This document shows positions 25,750 through 36,501 of a stretch of DNA of 64,000 bases, one piece after another (within the stretch, counting starts at the first letter, position 1; every line of letters begins with the position of its first letter). Under the pieces are notes generated by a model that worked only from the letters and a program-made list of their open reading frames with translations, searched no databases and was not told where the DNA came from. The stretch comes from Anthoceros angustus (lineage: Eukaryota > Plantae > Anthocerotophyta), in assembly GCA_010909165.1 (NCBI GenBank), contig VJWM01000117.1:1-64000 (forward strand), given 5' to 3'. Made by a program: the position numbers and the translations under genes.

Positions 25750-26702
25750 TTGTCTCGCCCGGTGATATCTTACGCCCCACAGTAGTTCCTCAGGCCGCCG
25801 GCATTGAGATGCACCTTTCTGCCCGGCACAATTGCATGTCATATCTTGGATAGCCAGTGTCACCGCAAGCTTCCGCTTAGTTTCAGTCATCAGGTGTAAT
25901 GGCGATCCGTGACTAATTGAAAACTTCGCCAAATAGGTATTATTTCGAACGGGGACCGCCTACACGGCTGACCGCTCTCCCTTCATAAGATGAATAGTTG
26001 GCCTCTGGTGTTGTTAGAATACCTTCGCGTCTCGACGCTGCCACCCGCTCTTTCCCTTCTCTGCGCTTGGGCAAGCACGGCCCAATGCCCGCTGCACTCA
26101 ATCCTGTCACGAAGAAGGGCAGCTGGTTAGCCTCTTAAGCATTGGCCTTTCGCCATTGCTTTCTTAACTCTGCCCACGCTTGCTCCTCAAGCCTGCTCGC
26201 CAAAGTACTTGGGTTTTCTTGAGCAACTCATATAATGGCTTGCAGTCTATGTAATATTTCATATAAGCGGTAGTAGTTCCTGCTTAAGAATGCTCTCGTA
26301 TATCCAGGCTGCCTCCTTGATGCAGGCATGAAGAGCTTTCCACTTTGCTTGCACTTGTGGCCAACTATGGCCAACACACCCCACAGCAATCTGTGCCCCA
26401 AGTGTGCATTGACCTCTCTATCTCAGAGCAATAGCCTCTTGAATCATTTCTTGGGATGGGCCTTGATCCAGTTGGCTTGTGCGCGCTGCTATACTTACTT
26501 CAAGTGTTCAATGTGTTCCTCCTCGGATCATTGCTAAACACCAGAATGTCATCGATGTAGCATTTGACAAATACCGCCCTTATGATTCCCAAATTCAAAT
26601 CTGGTTGAAAATATATGGATGCGTTCTTTGCTAGCGAGCAACGGCATGGTCTCCATTCCATGCTCTTTTGCCCCAAAGGCATTGCCATCTTGCACTTGTC
26701 CT
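25750..26702 (-). pseudogene. pol: Gypsy RT (C-terminal part) and RNase H, copy B
   Basis: FVKCYIDDILVFS near 26535-26573; RNase H EANYSSYEG..., YLFG, LVTD. Confidence 0.9.
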
Positions 26703-28230
26703 TGTGGAGTGCCAAATCCGATGTCATTACTCTTGGCGGCTTGTTTCAGCTTTTTTTCTGGGTCACATTCTTTGTTAAGAGGGATAGGGAGGAGTTAGCC
26801 AATAAGGCCATTTTGGCGTTGGTGCAATCCCTAGACCCTCAGGTCTGCCCGGGCGAGGTCCGATGAGTGGTCTCGAGGTCCGGACGGAGTGGTCCGTCTC
26901 GGGCGAGGTCCGGCTGAGTGGTCTGCCCTCGGAAGTAGGTCCGACGAGTGGTCCGTCCGGCGAGGTCCGACGAGGTCCGTCTCGCAGGTCCGATGAGGGT
27001 CTGCCCGGCGAGGTCCGACGGAGTGGTCCGTCCGGTCTGAGTGGTCTGCCCGAGGTCCGAGTGGTCTGCCCGGCAAGTCCGACTGAGTGGTCTCGCCGGG
27101 TGGTTTAGTTTGGTGGCATCGCTGGCATGGATCTACTGCTTGGGAAGGCCTGGTGCAAGAAGTCCGGGCAGGATGAGCTACGCCCCATGTACATACGACC
27201 TGTGGTTAGTACATACATAGGCGGGTTAGAAGTTAGGGTATGGGAGTATAGGAAGGCTCGCGCCCAAGACGGCAGACTATCCTGTACCATCTTCGGCCTG
27301 CGTGTTTGCCTCCGTGCTCGAGGAGTGAGGAGTTCGCCACCGGCGTGATTAATTGAGAGGAGAGCTGTGACAGCTCAACACGCTTGATGGGTGCATCGTA
27401 CTCGAGCTCGGAGGTGTCAGCGTCGAGACTAACCTTGAGGTAGGTAGTGCGTGCCACTTCTCCGAACAAGCCTGATGGAGGCGCGACCTGCCATCCTTGG
27501 AGGTCACTGAACGGAGGTGTGGGGATGCGTCTCCGCAAACGTGAAGCGCCGGAGGATTAGGAGGCGCTGGGGTGACTGTCATGGAAGCCATCCTTGAGGC
27601 CTGAACGGAGGCCGGGGATGCAGTCAAGCCACTTCGCAGTAACGGAAGTGCCCGGAGGGGATTAGGAGGCGCTTGGGGTGACTCGGAAGCCATCCTGAGG
27701 TCAGAACGAGGTGGGGATGCAGGCCGCTTACTCCGCAGTAACGGAAGCAGCCGAGGGGATTAGGAGGCGCTGGGGTGACTCACGGAAGCCATCCTTGGAG
27801 GCCGAACGAGGGGTTGCAGTCGCAGTTACTTAACGTGAAGCGCCCGGAAGGCAAAGGCGGCCTGTGTGAATACATCGGCGTGTTGGTGTGACTACCGGGA
27901 ATGGATAAGGGAGAAGGGTCGCTGTGTGTTGAGGTGGAGTGGGACAGAGTTGAGGAGCGCTGGGCGAGTACGAGATCGACGGCGAACGCGGCTGCTAAAC
28001 CCGCTCCTAGTACCGAGAAATCCGCGGGTTGTGGAAGGTCCGGGTCGCGCTACCGGTCCGACGAGTTGTGGAGGGGCACACACTTAGGTTGTGGAGCCGC
28101 CGACCCAACCTCGATGAAGTCCGCTCAGCGATAGGTCAGAGCTCAGCACAAGAGACCATTCCTTGGGAACGGACTTCCTACAACGACACGGATTGTGCGC
28201 GCCCGGCCGCTATCAGAAAGTCGCGCCACA
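26703..28230 (+). repeat. 5' LTR (1528 bp) with two internal tandem arrays
   Basis: tgtggagtgccaaa ... aaagtcgcgccaca. Arrays at ~26840-27095 and ~27490-27850. Confidence 0.92.
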
Positions 28231-28233
28231 TTT

Positions 28234-28250
28234 TGGCGCTGCTGCCGGGA
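28234..28250 (+). promoter_or_regulatory. Primer-binding site, tRNA-Asp type
   Basis: tggcgctgctgccggga, 3 nt after the LTR; compare the Athila-type PBS TGGCGCCGTTGCCGGGGA. Confidence 0.85.
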
Positions 28251-28586
28251 ATGGTATTGTGGACCGCGCCGAGTTAGTAGGTAGGAGGGACGGCCGCGAT
28301 TGTGCGGGGATGGGTGTAATAGTTGGGGCTTGTGGAGTATATGTATAGGGAGGATGCAGGACCTGGACCGAGGGTGCGAATCTAGCGGAGGCCCAAAGAT
28401 GCTCAAAGGGAGAAAGAAGATGGGCACGGCACTGGGAGGACGGCACATCAACCTCGGAGGAGGAGGGCGACTCATCCTCACAAAGGATGAATCTGGGTAA
28501 AAAAGGTTCCCAATGTTGCCGGACCGACACCGAGGAGGTAGGTAAAAGATGAAGGGGAGAGTCCGACGGAAGAGCGGAGTATTGTG

Positions 28587-28619
28587 TTGGCGAGGCCGCC
28601 AATGTATGAGAAGGGAGTA
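28587..28619 (+). promoter_or_regulatory. Hairpin plus polypurine tract
   Basis: ttggcg-aggc-cgccaa stem-loop, then gagaagggag, immediately before the 3' LTR. Confidence 0.88.
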
Positions 28620-30503
28620 TGTGGAGTGCCAAACCGGCGTCCGCATTTTGGCGCTTGTTTTGCTTTTTTGGTCACATCGTAAGAGGGATAGGGAGGAGTT
28701 AGCCAATAAGGCTGCCGACATTGCACGTGCAATCCCTCTTTTACGGAGTGGTCTGGCGAGGTCAGAGGGTCCGGAGGGTCCGACGGAGTGGTCCGTCCGG
28801 CGAGGTCCGACGGAGTGGTCCGTCCGGCGAGGTCCGACGGAGTGGTCTGCCCGGCGAGGTCCGACGAGTGGTCCGGGTCGGAGTGGCTGGCGAGGTCCGA
28901 TGGAGGGGTCTGCCCGGGAGGTCCGACGGAGTGGTCTGCGTAGGTCTGGATGGAGGGTCTGCCCGGGCGAGGTCGATGGAGTGGTCTGCCCGCGAGGGTC
29001 TGATGAGTGGTCCCGGGCAGGTCACGGAGGGTCTGGTAGGTCGACGAGTGGTCTGCCCGGCGAGGTCGCGGAGTGGTCTGCCGGGCGGTCGACGAGTGGT
29101 CTGCCCGCGAGGTCGGAGTGGTCTGCCCGGCAGGTCTGACGGAGGGGTCTGGCGGAGGTCTGGTGGTCTGCCCGGCAGGTCCGACGGAGTGGTCTGCTCA
29201 GAGGTCCGGCGAGTGGTCCCCGGCAAGTCCGACCGAAAGTGGTCTCGCCGGTGGTTTAGTTTGGGCACGCCGCATGGATTGCTGCGTGGAAGCATGCAAG
29301 AAGTCCGCGCAGTTGATGAGCTACGCCCGGGCCACGTACCGTGGTTAGTACATACATAGGCGGGTTAGGTTAGGTATGGGGAGTATATAGGAAGGCTCGG
29401 CGCCCAAGACGGCAGACTATCCGGTACCATCTTCGCCCGTGTGCTCTGCCGTGCTCGAGGAGCGGAGTGAGTTCCCCGCCACCGTGTGATTAGAGGGATG
29501 TTTAGAGCTCGTGACGAGCTCCGCCAACACGCTGATGGGTGCACTGGGTCGACTCGAGCGTGGAGGTGCTCGGGTGATTTCTGTAGACTAACCTTGAGGT
29601 CATTGAACTGAGGTGGGATGCGTCATGAAGCCATCCGCAGTAACGTGAAGCAGCCTGAGGGGATTAGAGGCGCTGGGGTGACTCGGGCGGAAGCCATCCT
29701 TGAGGCTCGGGGAGGCTGGGATGCAGCGAAGCCACTCTCCAGTAACGGAAGTGCCTTGAGGGATTAGGAGGCGCTTGGGGACTCACCATGGCCATCCTTG
29801 GAGGTCACTGGAACTGGTAGGGGATGCAGTCAAGCCACTTCTCCGCAGTAACGTGAAGTGCCCGTGAGGGGATTAGGAGGCGCTTGGGGTGACTGTCACG
29901 GAAGCCATCCTTGAGGTCTGAACGGGAGGTCGGGGATGCAGGGGAAGTAAGCCATTTCTCCGGCAGAACGTGAAGTGCCCGAGGATTAGGGAGGCGCTTG
30001 GGGTGACCGGCGGAAGCCATCCTTGGAGGTCATTGAACGGAGGTCGGGTTGCAGAAAGCTACTTCTCCGTAACGGAAGTGCCCTTGGAAGGGGCAAAGGC
30101 GTGTGAATACATCAAGGCAGTGTTGTGACTACTAGCCGGGAATGGATAAGGGAGAAGGGTGTTACGGCGGTGGAGGTGGAGTTGTGGCTTGGACAGAGTT
30201 GAGGAGTCACGCTTAGAGTACGAGATCGATTTAAGGAACGCGTTAAACCCGCTCCTTTAGTACCGGAGAATCCAGGGTTTGTGGGAAGGTCCGGCACGCG
30301 CTACCTGGTCCGACGAGCTGTGAGGGGCACACACTTAGGGTTGTGGACGCCACGGACCTTTGATGAAGTCCGCTGTCGGGCGATAGGGTACATAGAGCTC
30401 GGCCCGAGAATAAGCGAGACCATCTCGCGAGCGGAACTACCTTCCCCTACATGACGACGGGATTGTCTGGCGGGCGGCTCAGCCCGGCAAAAGTCGCGCC
30501 ACA
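28620..30503 (+). repeat. 3' LTR (1884 bp) with expanded tandem arrays
   Basis: Same termini as the 5' LTR. Arrays at ~28745-29245 and ~29590-30085. Confidence 0.92.
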
Positions 30504-30880
30504 GTCCTTCTCCTCAATCATGATCCGATTAAACTGCATCTAAATCGAGGTGGTAAATGAAAGCTACTTGGCCTCACCAATAGCGTCAAAGATCTCATCA
30601 GGAGTGGGCATGGGATACCGTTCCATGGGTGTTATTTCATTTAGAGCTCGGTAATCCCCACACATTCTTCTATCCTTCCATTCTCCATTCTCATCTTTCT
30701 TGAGTGGCAGCACGGTAGCTGCAGCATATTGCGAGTTCGACTTCCGCAGCCAGCTCCTTGCATCGCTTGTCCACGATATCCCACTCCACGGGGCTCAGTT
30801 TATATCTTCTGCGGAACACAGGCTCATCGGTGGTCGTGGTGATTTTTGAACTGCGATCATGCCTCCCAACTCGGCCCAAC
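30504..30880 (-). pseudogene. pol: Gypsy RT N-terminal part, copy B
   Basis: PVFRRRYKLSPVE...YAAATVLPLKK...RRMCGDYRALNEITPMERYPMPTPDEIFDAIG. Confidence 0.95.
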
Positions 30881-31129
30881 TAAACGCGAAGGTCCCTCGA
30901 TTTCTGAGTAACATGTCTCGGATCCTCTGCCGTTCCAACGGTTGTAAATCTTCACATATTTGCCAATCATCAACCGAGTTCTCATGGCTTCTTTCCCGTG
31001 GCGGGATAACGGAGGCTGCCGTGTTGGCGACAAGCTCTTGCTTCTTAGGTGCGGATGAAAGTTCATCATTTCCCTGACAAATCAACAGATGCTTCTCGCC
31101 ATTCTTTCGACCCATGGCTATTTGTATGG

Positions 31130-32055
31130 CCAAACCTGTAGTGACTAACCACTGCATACAAGTCATGTCGAACGCCTGCCCGACCAACCTGCACCGGAAT
31201 GATTCTGACACACCAGGCGTGTAAGTACCACCTGCACCAAATCCCATGGCTCGTTCTCGCTCCATTATTGTCGGCTCCCCCACTTCATTCCCCTTTGTGT
31301 CCAGAACCATGCCTTCTCCCCCTTTCCTGAACGCATATGATTGTGCGGTCTTGACGAGTGTGGGCCACGCTCTCCTTGGCTTTCCCACCACGTTTACTGG
31401 ATAGTGGGGTAGTTTATCTTCCTTGCGTACTGGTTGTGACCGTCGTTTTGGGTCCAAGATGTCATCCACACAGCGTTCTTCTGGTACCATTAGCCGCCGG
31501 TGATGCCTTAGGGTTGTCACATCGCCCACATTGGTCCAGAAGCTCCGTACCCGATGTGCATATGAGCCAGTCTGCACAGCATCCACAATAAACTCTTCCC
31601 CTAGCCAACTTCTGAGTTGCTCATATTGTTCCCGAACACTCTCACGCCTATCGAAGGCACCACACACATTTTCGAGTAGATACCAGCAGGATGGGTTGGC
31701 CGCTTGCACATCCCGCAAGATCCGGATGACCTCCACGGCTAGTTCCATGCCTTTGCCTGAGCCACGGCCGCCTCACGGAAAAGTTTTACACTCCATCCCA
31801 ATTAACATGTCCACTTTGCGCCAATGGCTTCAATTTGACGTCTTCCTACCAACAAGATATCCAGCAACCCTTTGCTTTGGCATCCTTTGATTGCCTCTCG
31901 GCTCATCAGCGGGTACTCCATTTGCACCGAATGATCCAGCCACAGCCACCGCCGCGCCCTTCGTCCGGCTCGACACATGTGTATTTCTTTACCAATGCCA
32001 CCCTCATCGCCTCAACCCGGCTGCTGATCCGGAACAAAGCTCCATCGGATGGATG
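31130..32055 (-). pseudogene. DNMT3-like C5 cytosine methyltransferase domain inside pol, copy B
   Basis: Degenerate motif I (MEL(F)SG, ~32025-32045); KKYTCVE; IV VDMLIGMECKTF (EC at 31788-31793); VI LLENV (ENV 31665-31673); VIII DAVQTGSYAHRVRSFWTN; IX ERERAMGF; X RLVGQAFD. ORF 30795-31748 is open from motif VI into the RT linker. Confidence 0.92.
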
Positions 32056-32379
32056 CCCCGTCCTTTCCAACCGAATCACCTTATTGTTGATCCGCTCAGC
32101 GGATTCAAAGCCAGCATCTTGTGAGGGTCTCTCCGACACACGCGAGTTAAAGGGCGCTCCCGAGCGATCGGTCGGAGGTGTTCTCGTGTCGGCGCACCAA
32201 TTGCCGAGTGTTCACGATACAAAGCAACCTTTTCGTAATCATCAAGTCTCTTCCCTCATCAATTCTTGGTTTCCTCCCATATAGCCCCCGCCTCCCATGT
32301 GCGAAAATGGCTGCCCGCCCCCATGCCGGGCGGCTGTAGAATCCCGTCCACCGTAGTGTGTAATGGGTCTACTCCCATT

Positions 32380-32690
32380 GCCGGTCCATGTGTGGCGTCG
32401 CCAAGCACATCATAATTCGCGTTAGATACCAAACAATGCACTTCAATAACCGACGCATCCCGGTGCCAGGGCTTGAGCTCTGATCGGATCCGTGTGATTC
32501 CCATCACTTGCTCCTTGGTACCCGCGGGACGTGGTGATGCGCACCTCACATGGCCTTAGTTTGTCCTCCTAGCCGAGTGCCTTCCGCTAACGGGGGTAAC
32601 TCGATCCGCTGATCCACCAACACACATTCGGAGAAACCATTCACGGTTACTTCGACCCCGATTGTCCACCATGGCGACTCCTCCTTTTCC
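32380..32690 (-). pseudogene. pol: Retropepsin aspartic protease remnant, copy B
   Basis: AMVD(x)G near 32660 and EVHCLVSNANYDVLG near 32400-32445. Confidence 0.65.
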
Positions 32691-32899
32691 TCGAGCTGCC
32701 GGTTTCAAGTGTTCTCCGCATAGGCTAGTGAACCCAGACATTACCTCAGCCTCAGTGGCTCCAGCTCTCATCCATGTCTGCATTGCCTTCTTGAATGGTT
32801 GCATTTTTACTCCAAGGTCGCGCAAGCTGACCATGGGGACATCCATGGAGCCTTCTCGTGGGGAGCTCCACATTAGGCGGCGTCCCGAGGTGTCGTGGG

Positions 32900-34204
32900 C
32901 TCGGAATCCTCAACCACCGAATGATTTGGGCATTTTGAGTTGATTTCTTGCCCCAATTTCCCTTGATGACTTCCCCATATCCGATCGCCCGCACTGTGAG
33001 GCCACCCCGGTCATCAACGCATACATTTCTTGGTCCGACTCGTATTCTTCCAAGGCAACACCGGCGTCCATTGGTGTGCCTACACTCATTGCCAATTGTT
33101 CCTGCAATCGGTGTACCTCACTGAGGAGTGCCTTCCGTGTGTAACCTCCGGTTTGTTTTGTTTTGTCGGTTCCCGATCTCCACTTCCTTTGGGTCGAACC
33201 GGGTGAGCTCGCCAAAGATGCGGCCTGGTGCCTGCCTTGGCGAGTCCCGCACACCTCCTTTTCCTTGGCCCCACCAATTGATACTGCGCACTCAAAGGCT
33301 TTGTGGAGCCTCGCATTTGATTTGATTACTGCCTTGGCGCTGATTGCGCTATTGGTGGCGCTCGGCGTAATGCCCTCGATGCATTTCGGCCTCGATCGGA
33401 GGGAGCTCCTTCCTTGTATTCTTTGGGGTGCGTGGCATGCTGGTGTCCTTTGACGAGATTGTGTTCTTCCCAATACGCATTGGTCACAGCATCTCCTCTC
33501 ATGACCCTTTCCGCCATTTCATAAGCCTGCTCCAACTCATAGTCTGCGCCATGTAGCATGTGGAGAAAGTTGGCAATTACCCTTCTCTGCCTTCCTGGGA
33601 GAGCGGCTATATAGATTTGTGCGGCTTCCCGCATGGTTTTTACTCGTGTGTCCTTCACCAGCTGTCTTAATCTCAGATATGCTGATCTGAGGGGCTCACC
33701 GGGCTTAATGGTGAATCTGGACAACTCCTGGATCTTCTCGATGGAGGACACCGGGAACATTTCCGCAAACTTGTTGAACATTTCATCCACCAGGAATGTG
33801 ATGGCAGCCGCTTGCGTCGTACTGGACGATGTTCCCTCTTCGTCTCCCTTCAAAGCCCTTTTGGCTCTATCTGCCCGCGCCAAGGATCGGGCATCTTGCA
33901 AAATCTGCTCCTTGGAGTCGCGGTAACACGTAAGAGCCTCTCCGGCCAAGAACGTGCTCATTTTCCTCAGGGCCATCTCAGGGGTGAACTCCGATTTGTA
34001 TTTGAGCACCATCTCATCAATCACCCATCTGAATTTCTCTTCGAAGTCAGCAAGCGACATGCTACCGTGTCGACCCGTGAAAACGTCATTCTTACTTGGT
34101 GCTGGCTCATACTCCATCCTGACCTCGCCACCGCTTTCTTCAAATGCTATGGTGCGGATTGGGCTACGGTTCCACTCAAACCGGCTGCCGTCAAGCCTGC
34201 GCAA
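32900..34204 (-). pseudogene. gag: Gag, copy B
   Basis: 292-aa ORF with a retrotransposon-gag-like core (FLAGEALTCY...FAEMFP...IQELSRFTIKPGEPLRSAYLRLRQL) upstream of the protease. Confidence 0.8.
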
Positions 34205-34610
34205 AGGTGTTGAATGGTGGGGCTGCGAGCCGACACCGGAGTACTCTGGTCTGCCCCCGAGCGTAAGAGCACCATTACCGTGTCAATCCCGCCCCCTGCG
34301 TGACACTATGTACGGCATTGCGTCAAAGTTAGTCGGTCGCTAGTCCAAATTAGCCAAGCCAACTTGTCAATCACCTCCTCCCATGACCACGGTGGTGGTG
34401 CTCTATCTCGCCAAGGCGGCTAACTCAAAGAATGGAACGACTCAAAGCATAAACAAGCAAAAATCCACGTGTTCTTCTTCATCCACCATCTACTTAGATG
34501 GATTGGCATCCGTGGGCCCCTTTTGGCTACGTTGGTCGTGCCTGGGCGCTCCACGGGCCTTTCTACGTTGGCAGTTGCAATGTCAAGCTCCAGAGAGAGG
34601 GATTGCTGAT

Positions 34611-35116
34611 GTGCAAAAACTCGTTGACGTCCTTCTCAGGCACATTCGTCAAACGTACAAGCCAGCACAAGCTTATTTGGCGCTCTTGCAAGCACTCCCG
34701 CCGACACCCTTCTCATTCCAGAGCCTCACACCACCGCCTACACGGGCGCTGTATGGCTGTCCTATGTGCGAACAAACATCAGCAATCCGCTTGTTCTCAC
34801 GGATTGCTGCCCTTTTGACCTCCTTCCGCTCGGCGCCGTAGGCCATTAATCGCGGGTGACTTGCTTGAGAGGCGCGCGGTGCCGTCCGTAATCCCGGCGG
34901 GGATCGTGATCTTGCCGTGATTACGGTTCATGCTCATGCTACGCTACGTCCGCTCGGAGATGGGTTTATGTGTTCCCATCATCCATGCCCATGCGCATGA
35001 GCATATGTCATCAATGCCTTATGAACATACTGCTCATGACACCGCACAAAACCACTTCCGGGCATGTACAATCAATGTTATTCTCCTAGCGATAGCATCT
35101 CATAGTGCCACGGTTA
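34611..35116. repeat. Terminal repeat B, copy 2 (5' end of Gypsy copy B)
   Basis: Matches 11761-12225; not flanked by repeat A on either side. Confidence 0.88.
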
Positions 35117-35169
35117 ACTATCTACTTTTTGGATCAAAAGGATCAAACTAGAGCAAAACTAGAGCAGGA

Positions 35170-36000
35170 GCAACGGGAGAGTGAAGTGAAGTGGAAGAGA
35201 ATTGTCAGAAGATCTTGAGGCAATTTGTTGGAGAATGAGGAGTAGAGGGTGAAGGCAATTAAGCCAAGGAAGTAGCTTGAGGTTGCTGCAAGCAAATATT
35301 GATAGGCTTGCAGAGGCAAAGGCCTGATTATTGGGGACCACCACCAAGTTTGAGGAAGGTGTGCACGCATGTGGAAGAAGTGAGACATGGGCAGGTGCTC
35401 ATATTGCTGAGATTTTGCAGAAGGAGGACTGCTAGGTAGAGATGTGTGGCAAGGGTGTGAAGATGGGCCAAGTGCCCGTAATGGTGGAATTGTGCAGGAT
35501 CTGCTGCAGGGCTCTAGGTTGGGAGCTCAAGATGCGAGAGGAGCAGAATGGTGCAAGGATGGGAGCGAGGAGCTCATGTTCAGGTGAGCAGCCACAAGGG
35601 TTGCAAGAGGAGGCCATGGCGGTGCGAGGCACATGGAAGTGCTCTTAATGGAGTCACGATGTGAGGATGGCCGTGTTGAACTAGGAAAGGCCATGGTAGG
35701 GCACTCACGGCAGCTGAATTTGTATAGCAAGATGGAGGTGTGGCCAAACCATAGGAAGGCAGTGTTGCAGGTGGGCTGCAACATGGTGAAGGGATCACAA
35801 CGGGCGTGCATCATGATATTAATTTGCAGTCAAAGTGAAGGGAGGCCGTTGATGGCCGCGAGGAGAAATGGATAGCAAGGAGGTTGGTAGATGTTGTTGA
35901 GGAGTTCACCGAATAAGTTCATTTATTCATTATGCCAAGCATGACCAATTGGGTGTGTTGGACAATGGAATGTAAGAACTCAGAGTTAAGCGTCCTAGGG
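35170..36000 (-). pseudogene. hAT transposase C-terminal remnant
   Basis: PQTWW...LQAYQYLLAATSS...NKLPQDLLTILF resembles the hAT dimerisation domain. Confidence 0.45.
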
Positions 36001-36189
36001 GTGGATCAAGATGGGGGGGGCACCTTTGTGAGGTGTTTCAACTTATTATATTGCTAATCGAGGAGAAGGTGTGAGTGGCACTCACGGAATGGAGGTGTAG
36101 GTGGTGGTGGACGAGGCACTCCCCACTCAGAGGGAGGGAGGTGCACCCACGCGAGTGAAGGTAGGGAGGTCCGGAGTTAAGGTAGTTAG

Positions 36190-36500
36190 GGTACGAGGGT
36201 AACAAGGGTGACCCAAGGTAGGGGCAGGGTCCCTACATGTATGTATGTGGTAGGACGGCGCGTCCATAAGTAGGGAGTAGTGTAGAGGGAGGGGTCCCGT
36301 GTTAAGGTAGTACTTAGGTAACAAGGCCCCTACATAGGCAGGGGTCTCACATGTATGTATGTGGGTAGGACGGTGCGTGTCCATAAGTAGGGGATGTAGG
36401 GACGAGATGGTGGTAGTATGGGGTGATTCAGGGGTGGCCCTACATGGTAGATGTAAGGTGGTGGCCTCACTGCAGGATGTAGGTAGCAGGGATCTCCCAA
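36190..36500. repeat. ~118-bp degenerate tandem repeat
   Basis: acatgtatgtatgtgg(g)taggacggygcgtccataagtaggg near 36235 and 36349, with a partial third copy. Confidence 0.8.
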
Positions 36501-36501
36501 G

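Larger units (their letters stand above)
26703..30503 (+). mobile_element. Complete non-autonomous LTR retroelement (long LTRs, 389-bp non-coding interior)
   Basis: Perfect 5-bp TSD GTCCT (26698-26702 and 30504-30508). Both LTRs run TGTGG...CCACA. PBS and PPT present. Removing it rejoins the host RT (IEEKD|KCKMA). Confidence 0.95.
11613..35116 (-). mobile_element. DNMT-carrying Ty3/Gypsy retrotransposon (copy B), ~11.6 kb after removing two nested insertions
   Basis: Colinear minus-strand gag, PR, DNMT, RT, RH, IN and PHD. A ~470-500 bp repeat is shared between 11761-12225 and 34611-35116. Outer boundaries are inferred from this repeat and are approximate. Confidence 0.7.

Noticed and set aside
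28549-29359. Repetitive ORFs of 177-212 aa (also 7634-8298 and 5909-6257)
   Set aside because: Translations of stop-poor tandem repeats.
26703-30503. Tandem duplication from misassembly
   Set aside because: The perfect GTCCT TSD, TGTGG/CCACA ends, PBS and PPT identify a genuine LTR element.
30795-31748. Host DRM/DNMT gene or bacterial restriction-modification contaminant
   Set aside because: Intronless, embedded between protease and RT of a Gypsy pol, with non-permuted motif order and no cognate endonuclease.
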